Below, in pieces: positions 1 through 9,208 of a stretch of DNA of 59,466 nt. The notes under the pieces are model-generated. The model ran no database searches and was not told the origin of the DNA. It saw only the letters and a program-made list of their open reading frames with translations. The position numbers were made by a program, and so were the translations under genes. The DNA is from Spirochaetota bacterium (GTDB lineage Bacteria; Spirochaetota; UBA4802; UBA5368): contig JALOTJ010000015.1 of the NCBI GenBank assembly GCA_025457965.1, positions 1 through 59,466 of the forward strand. The letters run 5' to 3'. The stretch's first letter is position 1. Each line of letters starts with the position of its first letter.

Positions 1-825
1 GAGCCCGTAGTTCTTCCCGTGATGACCGGGATCGAAAAGCTCCTCGAGCATTATGGTGTCACGGTGAACCGGGATATCGTGCTCGATGAAAAGTGCTACC
101 AGGCCAGCATGCGCGGCATGGGCGAACAGAGCCTGTATTTCGCCCCGATGATCGGTTCGGAAGGCCTTAACGAACAAAACGTTATAACGAAATACCTAAA
201 AAAAATCGTGTTTCTAAAGTCATCATCGCTGTCCATCGCCGCGGAGGGCCGACCCGGAACCCGTCCCGAGGCGCTTGTATCCTCCTCCGATCGCGGCTGG
301 CTTATGAAGGGGAGGATAAGCTTCATGCCCTGGTCCATGGCGCCGCCCGATGCGTCCCAGATGGGGAAGCATGTGCTTGCCGCGGCCCTTGCCGGCGATT
401 TCGCGAGCTATTTTGCGGAGCGGGACGCTCCGGCGCGGAAGGGAGGCGCGGCGACCGGCCCCGTCGCCACGGACACGATCGTCAGGCGAACGTTGAAGCC
501 CGCAAGGATCATCGTGGTGGGGACCTCGGAGATCACCACCCCCTCGGTGATCGACAAGGAGGGGAAGACGCCCAATTCCGTACTGGTGCATAACATGATC
601 GACTTCCTGAGCGGCAACTATGATGTTCCGGAGATGCGGAGCAAGGGTCTCGAGCTCAATCCCCTCAGGGACTCGAGCGACGGTACGAAGCTCGCGCTCA
701 AAATTTTCAACATCGCGCTCCTGCCGCTCCTGGTCATGGGGGCCGGCCTTGTCGTATGGAAGCGCCGGTCGACGCGAAGAAAACGTATAATGGCGGAATT
801 CGCGACGGAGGTGCACGGTGAATAA
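1..825 (+). CDS. GldG-like auxiliary component of an ABC-type (gliding-motility-type) transport system, C-terminal part; the 5' end lies outside the window
   Basis: The frame is open from nt 1 (listed ORF 19..825). The segment ...RIIVVGTSE...NSVLVHNMIDFLSG... is followed by a C-terminal TM helix and basic tail (ALLPLLVMGAGLVVWKRRSTRRKR), as in GldG C-termini. It overlaps the next gene by 8 nt. Confidence 0.6.
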   Translation, partial: EPVVLPVMTGIEKLLEHYGVTVNRDIVLDEKCYQASMRGMGEQSLYFAPMIGSEGLNEQNVITKYLKKIVFLKSSSLSIAAEGRPGTRPEALVSSSDRGWLMKGRISFMPWSMAPPDASQMGKHVLAAALAGDFASYFAERDAPARKGGAATGPVATDTIVRRTLKPARIIVVGTSEITTPSVIDKEGKTPNSVLVHNMIDFLSGNYDVPEMRSKGLELNPLRDSSDGTKLALKIFNIALLPLLVMGAGLVVWKRRSTRRKRIMAEFATEVHGE

Positions 826-1750
826 AAAGATAACCGCCAGCCTTGCTCTGATCGTCGTACTCGCGGTCGTGCTCCTCGTGTTAACGCGCGAAAAGGGGGC
901 GGACCTCCCGCCTCTGGAGTCGTGGAGCGGCGAGACTCAGGAGATACTGCTGAAGAAATCAGGTGAAACGATCCGGATTTTCCGTTCCGATGGGACCTGG
1001 CTGATCGGAGAGGCCGCCTATCCCGCGGATGCGCAGGCCGTGGCGGGGCTTGAGGAAAAGATGAAAAACCTCGTGCTGTCCGATCTGATATCCTCCAGGG
1101 AGCATTACGAGCGTTACGAGCTCGGCGACGACCGCGCACTCGAGGTGTCACTGCGTTCGGGCGGAAAACTCGTCCGGCATATATTCATCGGCAAAAAGAG
1201 CAGTACGTTCAGGCACACCTATGTGCGACTCGCCGGCCGGCCGGGCGTCTATCTGGCCGAGGGGGCTCTGTCGGATGAATTCGGCAAGCCGCTTGACGAA
1301 TTACGGAGCAGGGAGATCTTTTCCGAAACGAAAAGCTCCATCGATTCCATCGAGATCCGCTACGGCGCCTCGAATATCACGCTCGTAAGGAGGGACGTAC
1401 CGGAGGCGCCATCCTCAGGAAAGAAAGATGAAGCGACGAAGGAGGATCGCTGGGAGTGCGTCTCATGCGCCGCCCCGGTAGACGCAAACAGGATCGGCCA
1501 GATAGCCGGTTCGTTCGCGCCTTTCACCGCGGCGGCCTTTCCCGCGATAGATAAAAAGGTCCTCGGGGCGCCGCGCTGTACGGTACGGATTAAAACCGCC
1601 GGGAAGCGTATTGAGCTTGCATTCTACTCGAAAATCGGGGATAATCGGTACCTGTGCACCTCGACCGGGTCCCCGTATGTATTTGCCGTCGACGCCTGGA
1701 AGGCCGAGCGCTACTTCGTCACGGCGAAAGATCTTAAGGAGAAGAAATGA
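818..1750 (+). CDS. DUF4340-like membrane-anchored protein (the usual downstream partner of GldG-type genes)
   Basis: GTG start with GGAG upstream. N-terminal TM anchor (ITASLALIVVLAVVLLVL). Its size (310 aa) and position right after a GldG-like gene fit, and it is translationally coupled on both sides. The family assignment is from memory, not a search. Confidence 0.45.
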   Translation: MNKKITASLALIVVLAVVLLVLTREKGADLPPLESWSGETQEILLKKSGETIRIFRSDGTWLIGEAAYPADAQAVAGLEEKMKNLVLSDLISSREHYERYELGDDRALEVSLRSGGKLVRHIFIGKKSSTFRHTYVRLAGRPGVYLAEGALSDEFGKPLDELRSREIFSETKSSIDSIEIRYGASNITLVRRDVPEAPSSGKKDEATKEDRWECVSCAAPVDANRIGQIAGSFAPFTAAAFPAIDKKVLGAPRCTVRIKTAGKRIELAFYSKIGDNRYLCTSTGSPYVFAVDAWKAERYFVTAKDLKEKK

Positions 1751-2859
1751 CCAAACGCCAGAAGGCGGGTAACAGGATCGGAACCGAGGTCCTCGCCACC
1801 GTCGGGCCCGCTACGATCGGGCTGATCGACGCCCTCTATGATGCGGGGCTCTCGGGACTGAGAATAAACAGCTCTCACGGAGACCCCTCTTTTCACGCCA
1901 GGGCCGTCGAGCTGTCGCGCAAGGCGCGCCCGGGGGCCTATATCATCTATGATATCAAGGGCCCGAAGATACGCCTCGGCGACATTCCGAAACCATATAC
2001 GATTAAATCCGGTGACCGAGTGGTTCTGAGGACCGATATACCCAAGAGCGATGGATCGGACTATCCAGCCGTCGCCGATTTCAGGGAGGGTATCCCCGTA
2101 ACCTATTCAGATCTCGACGAGTTCGTCAGGCCGGGAGACCGTCTGTTTATCGATGACGGGTATGTGGGTCTGCGCGTTGAGCGCACGGCGAGGGGGATTA
2201 TCGAGTGCGTGGTGCTCTTCGGTGACGTGATGCGTTCGCGCAAGGGGCTCAATCATCCCGATACGGTCGTCGGCTATCCGTATACCATGCCGCAGGACCT
2301 TCCCGACCTGGAGTTCGCGATACGCCACGGGGTCGACTTCCTCGCCGATTCATTTACGCGCAACGCCGAAGACGTTCGCGAATTGCGCGAGCGGCTTTCG
2401 GGCACCGGCATCGGCATCATCTCCAAGATCGAAAATCCCGAGGGTGTAAACAACTTCGACGAAATCCTCAGTGAAACCGACGCGGTCATGGTCGCCCGGG
2501 GTGACCTCGGCGTCGAGATGGACCCGGTGATGCTCCCGGAGATGCAGAAGATCATGATCGAGAAGTGCACGCTCGCCGGAAAGCCCGTCATTACCGCGAC
2601 ACAGATGCTCGAGTCGATGATGGAGAATGCGCGGCCCAGCCGCGCCGACGTAAGCGATATCGCCAATGCCCTCTACGACGGCACCGATGTGCTGATGCTT
2701 TCAGGGGAAACATCGGTGGGCAAGTTTCCCGTGGAGTGCGTCAGAATGATGCGGCGGATCGCCGAGTACGTGGAGGGGACCAGGCGTTATCGCGAGCGCA
2801 AACGGGAGGTGAGGGGCCTTTCAGCGCTTCGCGAGGGCTCCCGCGGTGGTGGCGAATAA
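1747..2859 (+). CDS. pyk: pyruvate kinase-like enzyme, short form (370 aa) lacking the C-terminal regulatory domain
   Basis: PK signatures are present: LRINSSHG, DIKGPKIRLG, ISKIENPEG, VARGDLGVEM, ITATQMLESM, MLSGETSVGKFP. The ATGA overlap with the upstream gene indicates coupling. Confidence 0.75.
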   Translation: MTKRQKAGNRIGTEVLATVGPATIGLIDALYDAGLSGLRINSSHGDPSFHARAVELSRKARPGAYIIYDIKGPKIRLGDIPKPYTIKSGDRVVLRTDIPKSDGSDYPAVADFREGIPVTYSDLDEFVRPGDRLFIDDGYVGLRVERTARGIIECVVLFGDVMRSRKGLNHPDTVVGYPYTMPQDLPDLEFAIRHGVDFLADSFTRNAEDVRELRERLSGTGIGIISKIENPEGVNNFDEILSETDAVMVARGDLGVEMDPVMLPEMQKIMIEKCTLAGKPVITATQMLESMMENARPSRADVSDIANALYDGTDVLMLSGETSVGKFPVECVRMMRRIAEYVEGTRRYRERKREVRGLSALREGSRGGGE

Positions 2860-3240
2860 TCCGGCCGCCGCGCAGTAGAGTCCGGGGCCGTAATGTTCGG
2901 GAGAAACGGGAAGACTCAGTATCGCGGCGGTGACCAGTATCGCGGTGATGACGGCAAGCGAAAGCGCACGTTCGGCCCTGGCCGAAACCAGAAGGTAAAG
3001 GGCGTTTAATCCCACTAGCGCCGCGGCCAGCGCGGGCAAAACCGTGGAAACGGGGTTTCCCGCGATAAATTCGAGCAGGATGCGCAGGCCTTCTATCCCC
3101 GAGTGCGAAAGACGGTATTCGACATAGTACCATGGAAGGGCGAGCGATACGAGCATTGCAAACGCCCCTGAGACCGAAACAAGGTTGCCCCCGTTTTTGT
3201 CGCGAACCGTTACGAAACGTTCATGCCATTTCACCGCCAT
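2821..3240 (-). CDS. small integral membrane protein (hypothetical)
   Basis: Listed ORF 2821..3567 trimmed to the internal ATG at 3240 (MAVKWHERF...). The longer N-terminus would run antisense through tRNA-Leu. It has 3-4 hydrophobic helices and a 39-nt convergent overlap with the pyk 3' end. Confidence 0.45.
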   Translation of the reverse strand: MAVKWHERFVTVRDKNGGNLVSVSGAFAMLVSLALPWYYVEYRLSHSGIEGLRILLEFIAGNPVSTVLPALAAALVGLNALYLLVSARAERALSLAVITAILVTAAILSLPVSPEHYGPGLYCAAAGLFATTAGALAKR

Positions 3241-3440
3241 GCGTTCACCGTGTGCTGCATTCGCATTTTTATAAGGCGCCGGTTTATTTCCTGTTGATGC
3301 GCCCGATCGCCGCGAAAAAATACTTTGTTTCCGGCGCTGTGTCCACCAGAAAAATAAATTTTTTGTGTTGACACGGTGCCCCATTGATTTTAGTAACTCC
3401 CTACCGGGGACGTGCGGGTCTGTCGGCCGGTGGAACAATC

Positions 3441-3524
3441 GCCCAGGTGGTGGAATCTGGTAGACACGCATGGTTGAGGGCCATGTGGGAATTTCCTGTA
3501 TGGGTTCAAATCCCATCCTGGGCA
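3441..3524 (+). tRNA. tRNA-Leu (anticodon GAG), long variable arm, no encoded CCA
   Basis: Acceptor stem GCCCAGG/CCTGGGC, anticodon stem CATGG/CCATG with loop TTGAGGG, T-loop GGTTCAAATCC. Confidence 0.9.
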
Positions 3525-3530
3525 CAAACG

Positions 3531-3559
3531 AAAACCGCGGTGAAGCCGCGGTTTTTTTT
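3531..3559 (+). terminator. rho-independent terminator after tRNA-Leu
   Basis: Stem AAAACCGCGG, loop TGAAG, stem CCGCGGTTTT, running into a T8 tract. Confidence 0.75.
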
Positions 3560-3633
3560 GTTTTCATCGAATATCGCCTTCACTCCGATACCATAGATGA
3601 GGGAAGTCCGCAATTCCCAAAGGAGGGGATGTC

Positions 3634-3792
3634 ATGGAGTATAAATTTAATGAGGAATTTGAAATCATACCCAAACACTGTCCCCGGTGCGAGGCGCTTG
3701 TCATGGCGGCGGTGGTGAGGACGTCGGATGGCGATTTTTACAAGTATCGAGAGGCGCGGTGTTCTCAATGTGACTGGACCAACGGCGCCTGA
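3634..3792 (+). CDS. 52-aa zinc-ribbon protein (below the ORF-track size cutoff)
   Basis: ATG 3634 is preceded by AGGAGG (3621-3626). Translation: MEYKFNEEFEIIPKHCPRCEALVMAAVVRTSDGDFYKYREARCSQCDWTNGA, with two CxxC pairs. A hairpin plus T-tract follows at 3862-3890. Confidence 0.55.
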   Translation: MEYKFNEEFEIIPKHCPRCEALVMAAVVRTSDGDFYKYREARCSQCDWTNGA

Positions 3793-3861
3793 GCGGTGCG
3801 CGATACAAAAAATTCTTGATAAATTCAGTCCGTTTAACAGTCTGTTCACGGTAGCGCATTC

Positions 3862-3890
3862 ATAGACTCGTCAGAGAGTCTATTTTTATT
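3862..3890 (+). terminator. hairpin plus T-tract terminator
   Basis: ATAGACTC / loop GTCAGA / GAGTCTAT, followed by TTTTATT. Confidence 0.6.
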
Positions 3891-3949
3891 TCAGCAAACT
3901 GTGGACGGGATTGCTCGTACGATACCATCCATATCCAGTGGAGAGAAAA

Positions 3950-4597
3950 ATGCGACTGATAATGCTTGGGGCGCCCGGAAGTGGAAAGGGGACAATCTCG
4001 AAAATGCTTGTCGAGAAGTACAATATCGTGCAGATATCCACTGGAGATATCCTGCGCGGCGCCGTCGCGGCCGGGAGCCCCGTCGGCAAACAGGCCGATG
4101 CATATATGAAGCGCGGCGACCTGGTCCCCGACGGGGTGATCATGGGAATAATGGAGGAACGGTTGCGGGAGGCCGATTGCGCGCCGGGATTCATCCTGGA
4201 CGGTTTTCCCCGGACGATACCCCAGGCCGAAGCCCTCGGAGGGCTGTTGAAGAAGCTTTCCCTCGGGCTCGACGCGGTCTGTAACCTTGACGTGCCCGAG
4301 GATGTAATAATTCGAAGGCTCACGGGGCGGCGCACCTGTACCAATCCATCGTGCCAGGCCATCTACAACCTTGACGGCAAGGCCCCGAAGAAAGAGGGTG
4401 TATGCGACCGATGCGGAGGCGCCCTCGCGCAGCGGGATGACGAGAAGGAGGACGTGGTCCGCGCCCGGTTGAAAACCTACGTCGAGAAAACGGAACCGCT
4501 CATCGGCTATTATGAGAACGAAGGCCTTGTGCTCACCGTAGCGGGAAGCGAGAGCAGGCTCCTTTTCGATCAGATGGTTGCAAAGCTTGGAAAATGA
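3950..4597 (+). CDS. adk: adenylate kinase (zinc-lid type)
   Basis: Start trimmed to MRLIMLGAPGSGKGT (P-loop), with GGAGAG upstream. The lid carries CTNPSC...CDRCGG. Confidence 0.93.
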   Translation: MRLIMLGAPGSGKGTISKMLVEKYNIVQISTGDILRGAVAAGSPVGKQADAYMKRGDLVPDGVIMGIMEERLREADCAPGFILDGFPRTIPQAEALGGLLKKLSLGLDAVCNLDVPEDVIIRRLTGRRTCTNPSCQAIYNLDGKAPKKEGVCDRCGGALAQRDDEKEDVVRARLKTYVEKTEPLIGYYENEGLVLTVAGSESRLLFDQMVAKLGK

Positions 4598-4669
4598 GGA
4601 CGCGGACCGGAGCCGTTGACTAGGTTCGCAATAAGAAGTGACGTGCAGGCGGCATGACCGCCGTTAAAG

Positions 4670-4755
4670 GGAGAGATGCCAGAGCGGTTGAATGGGGCGG
4701 TCTCGAAAACCGTTGAGGGGTTTCCCCTCCGAGGGTTCGAATCCCTCTCTCTCCG
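4670..4755 (+). tRNA. tRNA-Ser (anticodon CGA)
   Basis: Acceptor GGAGAGA/TCTCTCC, anticodon loop CTCGAAA, long variable arm, T-arm GAGGGTTCGAATCCCTC, discriminator G. Confidence 0.9.
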
Positions 4756-4808
4756 AATTCCGCGTCGAATATCGGTACCGGCGGCGCGGGGGACGATGCT
4801 TGCAGCAG

Positions 4809-4893
4809 GGAGAAGTGTCTGAGTGGCCGAAGGAGCACGGTTGGAAACCGTGTGTAGCGCAAGCTACCGAGGGTTCGAATCCCTCCTTCTCCG
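4809..4893 (+). tRNA. tRNA-Ser (anticodon GGA)
   Basis: Acceptor GGAGAAG/CTTCTCC, anticodon loop TTGGAAA, long variable arm. The T-arm and the 3' flank (AATTCCG) are the same as in the upstream tRNA-Ser. Confidence 0.9.
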
Positions 4894-4980
4894 AATTCCG
4901 TCGGCGGATAACAGGTGCCGGGCCGGCATGGTGCCGTCCCGGCGCGACGCCATCCACATCCACATCCCTGAAGAGAGACA

Positions 4981-6639
4981 ATGTCATACCAGGTAATCGC
5001 GAGAAAGTGGCGGCCCCAGGATTTCGACGCGGTCGTTTTCCAGGAGCACGTATCGCGCACCATCCGCAACAGCATTAGAAGCGGACGGATCGCCCACGCC
5101 TATATCTTCGCGGGCCCGCGCGGTGTCGGCAAGACCACCATGGCGCGCATCCTCGCGAAGGCCGTCAACTGCAAGGAAGGACCCACCGACAGTCCCTGTG
5201 GCGTATGCGAAAACTGCAGGGAGATCCGCGAGGGCATCGCCTTCGATGTCATCGAGATCGACGGGGCCTCCAGCCGGGGAATTGAAAATATCCGAGAACT
5301 TCGCGAAAACGTCAACTTCGCGCCGCTCAAATCGAAATACAAGGTCTACATCATCGACGAAATCCACATGCTCACCACCGAGGCCTTTAACGCTCTGTTG
5401 AAGACACTGGAGGAACCCCCGCCGCATGTCATATTTGTCTTCGCTACCACCGAGATGCACAGGGTGCCCGATACCATCCTGTCCCGCTGCCAGAAGTACT
5501 TTTTTAAAAAAATATCAATCGACGCGATCGTCGCGCACCTTGCCCACATCGCGGGGGTGGAGGGCTTCAGCGTGGACGAAAAGGCGCTGTACTCGATCGC
5601 CCGCGCCGCCGACGGCTCCATGCGCGACGCGCAGTCGCTTCTCGACCAGATGCTTTCGTATTCAGACGGCGCGGTCGGCGAGGGTGAAGCGCTCGCGCTT
5701 CTCGGCGTCGTGCCGCTTGCAAGCTACCTGCATGTGCTGGGCGCCGTCGCCGGAGGCGACAGGAAGGCCCTCATGGACGAGGTGCACCGGGTCGTGACGC
5801 TTGGAGTGGATGTTCCGCGGTATGTGGCCGGACTCATGGATGTCATCAGAAGCGCCCGCCTTATTAAAAACGGTGTCGAGGTGCGGGAGATTCTGGGCTT
5901 CTCGGCAGAGGAGACCGCCGATCTGCAGGCGCTTGCGGCGAAATTCCACGACGAGGATCTCGGCGTGCTTTTCAGAATAGGTATCGAGATGCAGGGCGAC
6001 CTGCGTGCCCAGGCGGGAGAACGGATATGCCTCGAGATGGGTCTGCTCGACATGGCCGCGGCGAAGGCGGCGCCCTCCATCGCCGAAATTCTACGGAAAA
6101 TCAAAGGGGATCGTCCGCTCCCGCCGGCGGAAAAAAAAACCCCTGAGCGTCCCCGGCCTCAAGGAGCGGCATTGAGCGCACCGGAGACCGTAATCCCCCC
6201 TCCGCCGGGCGGATCGTCCGCGGTCATCGCCCCGAGATTGCGCGATGAGTGGTCGTCATTTCTCTCGTCGCTCGAAAAACAACGGCAATACCTTCACGTC
6301 CGACTGAACCAGGCGCGACCCTCCTTCGAGGACGGGCGCCTGGTTCTCTCCTTCCCCATAAGCGACGAGAACGGCTTTCACAGCAGGATAATTGATGGTA
6401 AGGATATCATCTTCATAAAAGACGAACTCTCAAGACGCCTGGGTGGCGCGGTGGCCGTTGTAACGCGGGACGCCCCGGGCGAAGAAAACCTCGAGGCGCC
6501 GGACAACGGGGACGTTCCACCCCCCGAGGCCGTGATGCTCTCGAGGCCCGAGCCGGAGGAGTTGCCGGTTGTCAGCCCGGTGGTCGAGAAGGTCAAAGAC
6601 ATGTTTCACGGTCGGATTATCGATAAAGGAGACGAGTGA
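4981..6639 (+). CDS. dnaX: DNA polymerase III subunit gamma/tau
   Basis: YQVIARKWRPQDF, GPRGVGKTT, the zinc module CGVCENC, and YIIDEIHML. It sits in the conserved dnaX-ybaB-recR order. Confidence 0.93.
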   Translation: MSYQVIARKWRPQDFDAVVFQEHVSRTIRNSIRSGRIAHAYIFAGPRGVGKTTMARILAKAVNCKEGPTDSPCGVCENCREIREGIAFDVIEIDGASSRGIENIRELRENVNFAPLKSKYKVYIIDEIHMLTTEAFNALLKTLEEPPPHVIFVFATTEMHRVPDTILSRCQKYFFKKISIDAIVAHLAHIAGVEGFSVDEKALYSIARAADGSMRDAQSLLDQMLSYSDGAVGEGEALALLGVVPLASYLHVLGAVAGGDRKALMDEVHRVVTLGVDVPRYVAGLMDVIRSARLIKNGVEVREILGFSAEETADLQALAAKFHDEDLGVLFRIGIEMQGDLRAQAGERICLEMGLLDMAAAKAAPSIAEILRKIKGDRPLPPAEKKTPERPRPQGAALSAPETVIPPPPGGSSAVIAPRLRDEWSSFLSSLEKQRQYLHVRLNQARPSFEDGRLVLSFPISDENGFHSRIIDGKDIIFIKDELSRRLGGAVAVVTRDAPGEENLEAPDNGDVPPPEAVMLSRPEPEELPVVSPVVEKVKDMFHGRIIDKGDE

Positions 6640-6962
6640 TGCTGAAAGGACTTGGAGAGATGGGTCAGATCATGAAGCTTCAGAAGGAGTTTAAAAACAT
6701 CCAGAAGAAGCTGCAGAAGAACGAGGTAGTCGGTGAGAGCACGGACGGAACGGTGAAGGCCACCATCAACGGTGAATACAAACTGGTAGACCTGAAGATC
6801 GACGAGGCGGCGCTTACGTCGGCGGACAGGCGTGCCATCGAGAAAAAGATCATCTTCGCGGTCAACGACGCGGTGGATAGAACCAAAGAATACGCAGCCC
6901 AGGAAATGGCCAGACTCACCGGAGGGCTTAATATCCCCGGCCTTGGGGACTTCTTGAAGTAG
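6639..6962 (+). CDS. ybaB: nucleoid-associated protein YbaB/EbfC
   Basis: About 107 aa with QKEFKNIQKKLQ...VKATINGEYKLVDLKID. The ATG overlaps the dnaX stop (TGATG), and AAGGAG lies 7 nt upstream. Confidence 0.9.
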   Translation: MLKGLGEMGQIMKLQKEFKNIQKKLQKNEVVGESTDGTVKATINGEYKLVDLKIDEAALTSADRRAIEKKIIFAVNDAVDRTKEYAAQEMARLTGGLNIPGLGDFLK

Positions 6963-6971
6963 GATGAGCGA

Positions 6972-7568
6972 GTGAACCTCCCCGGCACACTGGAAGCGCT
7001 TATCCGCGAGCTGTCGCGGCTTCCCGGCATAGGTCCCAAGAGCGCCTCGAGACTCGCGTTTCACCTCATCAAGGCGGCCCCCGAGGACGCGGCCGCCCTG
7101 GCGCGGGCCATCGTCGAATGCAAGAGCGCCATCACCGCATGCACGGCATGCGGCGCCATTGCGGAGGGCGGGCTCTGCCCGGTCTGCTCGGACGCGACGC
7201 GCGATCAAACGGTACTCTGCGTGGTCGAAAATCCTCGAGATGTGCTAACCATTGAACGAACGGGCGAGTTCCGGGGCCTGTATCACGTGCTGGGAGGTGT
7301 CATCTCCCCGCTTGACGGGATCGGACCGGACGAGCTTTCGGTCCGTGGCCTCGTCGACCGCTGCACGGGAGGCGTGGTACGCGAGCTCATTATTGCCACC
7401 AATCCCACGGTCGAGGGCGATGCCACCGGCCTTTATCTCGCGCGGCTCCTCAAACCGCTGGGCATCCGGGTTATGAGGATTGCGCACGGGCTGCCGGTGG
7501 GGGCCGACCTGGAATATGCCGATTCGATGACCATTGCCAGGTCGATTGCGGGGCGCGTGGAGATGTAG
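6972..7568 (+). CDS. recR: recombination protein RecR
   Basis: GTG start. LPGIGPKSASRLAFHL (HhH), a C4 zinc finger (CTACGAIAEGGLCPVC), and a Toprim segment. Confidence 0.93.
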   Translation: MNLPGTLEALIRELSRLPGIGPKSASRLAFHLIKAAPEDAAALARAIVECKSAITACTACGAIAEGGLCPVCSDATRDQTVLCVVENPRDVLTIERTGEFRGLYHVLGGVISPLDGIGPDELSVRGLVDRCTGGVVRELIIATNPTVEGDATGLYLARLLKPLGIRVMRIAHGLPVGADLEYADSMTIARSIAGRVEM

Positions 7569-7581
7569 GGGCGGCCCGCGG

Positions 7582-8895
7582 TCAGCGTTTTTTCCCTTCA
7601 ATAGAGATATCGATGGGTATCCCCGTAATGTCCAGTTTCCGCTGGAGCGCCTTCTCGATATGACGGAGGAGATCTTTGCGGAAGAGTTCCGGATTATTCA
7701 CGAAGAGCTTGAACCGGGGAGGTTTCACCCCCGTCTGCGTCAGATAATAGATCTTAAGCCTGCCTCCCAGCGTCGGAATATGGTGCGATCGCTGGATTTC
7801 TTCCATCACCCTGTTTAGCCTGGGTGTTTCAACCCGCTTCAAGGCTCGCTCGCTCAGTTCGATCGCCGTGGTCACCAGGCGGTGAATACGCTGTTTATCC
7901 CGTGCCGAAATGGAAATAATCGGAAAATCACCGGCCCGGTAGAACGTAAAGATGAGTCGCTCCTTATAGACGTCGAAGGTTTTATGGTCTTTATCGATCG
8001 CGTCCCACTTGTTTACCGCGATTATGGTGGGCTTGAATGCCGCGATTATCTCATCCGCTATCTTCTTATCGGTGTCGGTGAGTCCCTCCACCGCGTCGAT
8101 GAGGTGGATTACGACGTCGCACCGCCGGATTGACTCGACGGCGCGCCTGAGGGAGTAGAAGTCGACATTTTCGGTGATGCGGCTTTTTTTTCGGATACCG
8201 GCCGTGTCAATCAGAGTGATCGTGCGGCCGTGAAAGACGAAATCCTCATCGACGGCGTCGCGTGTAGTGCCCGGGATATCCGATACAATCGAACGTTCAT
8301 AGCCGATGAAAGCGTTCAGGAGCGTGGATTTGCCCGCGTTCGGTCGTCCGACTATGGCGATTTTGAGCTTTTCCCCCTCCGAATGGAGACGCTTGACGGG
8401 CAGCCGGTCGATGATTTTGTCCAGCAGAAGGCCAATATTGACCCTGTTCAGGGCGGAAATCGGCAGGAAATCATCGAATCCCATCTCGTAAAAGTGCGGG
8501 AGGTTCTGAAAATCGGAAGGGCCATCCATCTTGTTGACGGCGATGATGACCGGGATGCCGAGTTTGCGGACGATTTCGGCCAGTTCCATGTCGAATGAGG
8601 CCGGGGCCGGGTTCTCGAGGAGGAGGATGATCACCGTGGAGCGCGAAAGGAAATTTTTCGCGTTCTCGAGTATCGTCCGGGAGAGCAGGGACGAATTATC
8701 TATGTCCAGTCCCGGCGTATCGGACAGCATGAACGAGGCGTCGGCATGCGTGACCCGGTACGACAGAATATCGCGGGTAAGGCCCGGCATCGAGTCGACA
8801 ATCGCCTTCTTCTGCTTTATCAGCGCGTTAAAGAGGGTCGATTTGCCGACATTCTGCCTGCCGATGATCGTAACTATTGGAAGTTGTTTTGCCAT
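7582..8895 (-). CDS. der: ribosome-biogenesis GTPase Der (EngA), two G domains plus a KH-like domain
   Basis: GRQNVGKSTLFN and GRPNAGKSTLLN P-loops, DTPG and DTAG, NKMD and NKWD. Confidence 0.93.
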   Translation of the reverse strand: MAKQLPIVTIIGRQNVGKSTLFNALIKQKKAIVDSMPGLTRDILSYRVTHADASFMLSDTPGLDIDNSSLLSRTILENAKNFLSRSTVIILLLENPAPASFDMELAEIVRKLGIPVIIAVNKMDGPSDFQNLPHFYEMGFDDFLPISALNRVNIGLLLDKIIDRLPVKRLHSEGEKLKIAIVGRPNAGKSTLLNAFIGYERSIVSDIPGTTRDAVDEDFVFHGRTITLIDTAGIRKKSRITENVDFYSLRRAVESIRRCDVVIHLIDAVEGLTDTDKKIADEIIAAFKPTIIAVNKWDAIDKDHKTFDVYKERLIFTFYRAGDFPIISISARDKQRIHRLVTTAIELSERALKRVETPRLNRVMEEIQRSHHIPTLGGRLKIYYLTQTGVKPPRFKLFVNNPELFRKDLLRHIEKALQRKLDITGIPIDISIEGKKR

Positions 8896-9208
8896 TGCCG
8901 TTATTGCTCTCCGCTGCTCTTCGACAAGAATAATCGAGGCCGCGGCGCTTACAAGTAAATTAATTTATTAAGCTCCGCCGGGCGAAAGTGGTGTCATCCC
9001 GGGTCGGTGCCACTCCCCGTTCCATGACCATTCGGACGCGGCGGCCACGTCGTTAATCGCGCGAGCCGGACATGGAATGCGCGCGGCCCTTTGGAAAAAT
9101 ATTTACTACCGCCCCTGTCGCCGAAATGCGCGCCGACAGCGAATGAAGTGATAGTGATATAAACTGAAAAGATAATATTAATATTTATTATATAAAACAG
9201 TTTTTTAC

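Noticed and set aside
2821-3567. Full-length 248-aa minus-strand ORF
   Set aside because: Its first 109 codons run antisense through tRNA-Leu and its terminator. It was trimmed to the internal ATG at 3240.
4894-4980. SRP RNA (ffs/scr) upstream of dnaX, as seen in some Firmicutes
   Set aside because: No GGAAGCAGCC-type domain IV motif is present, and the gap is too short.
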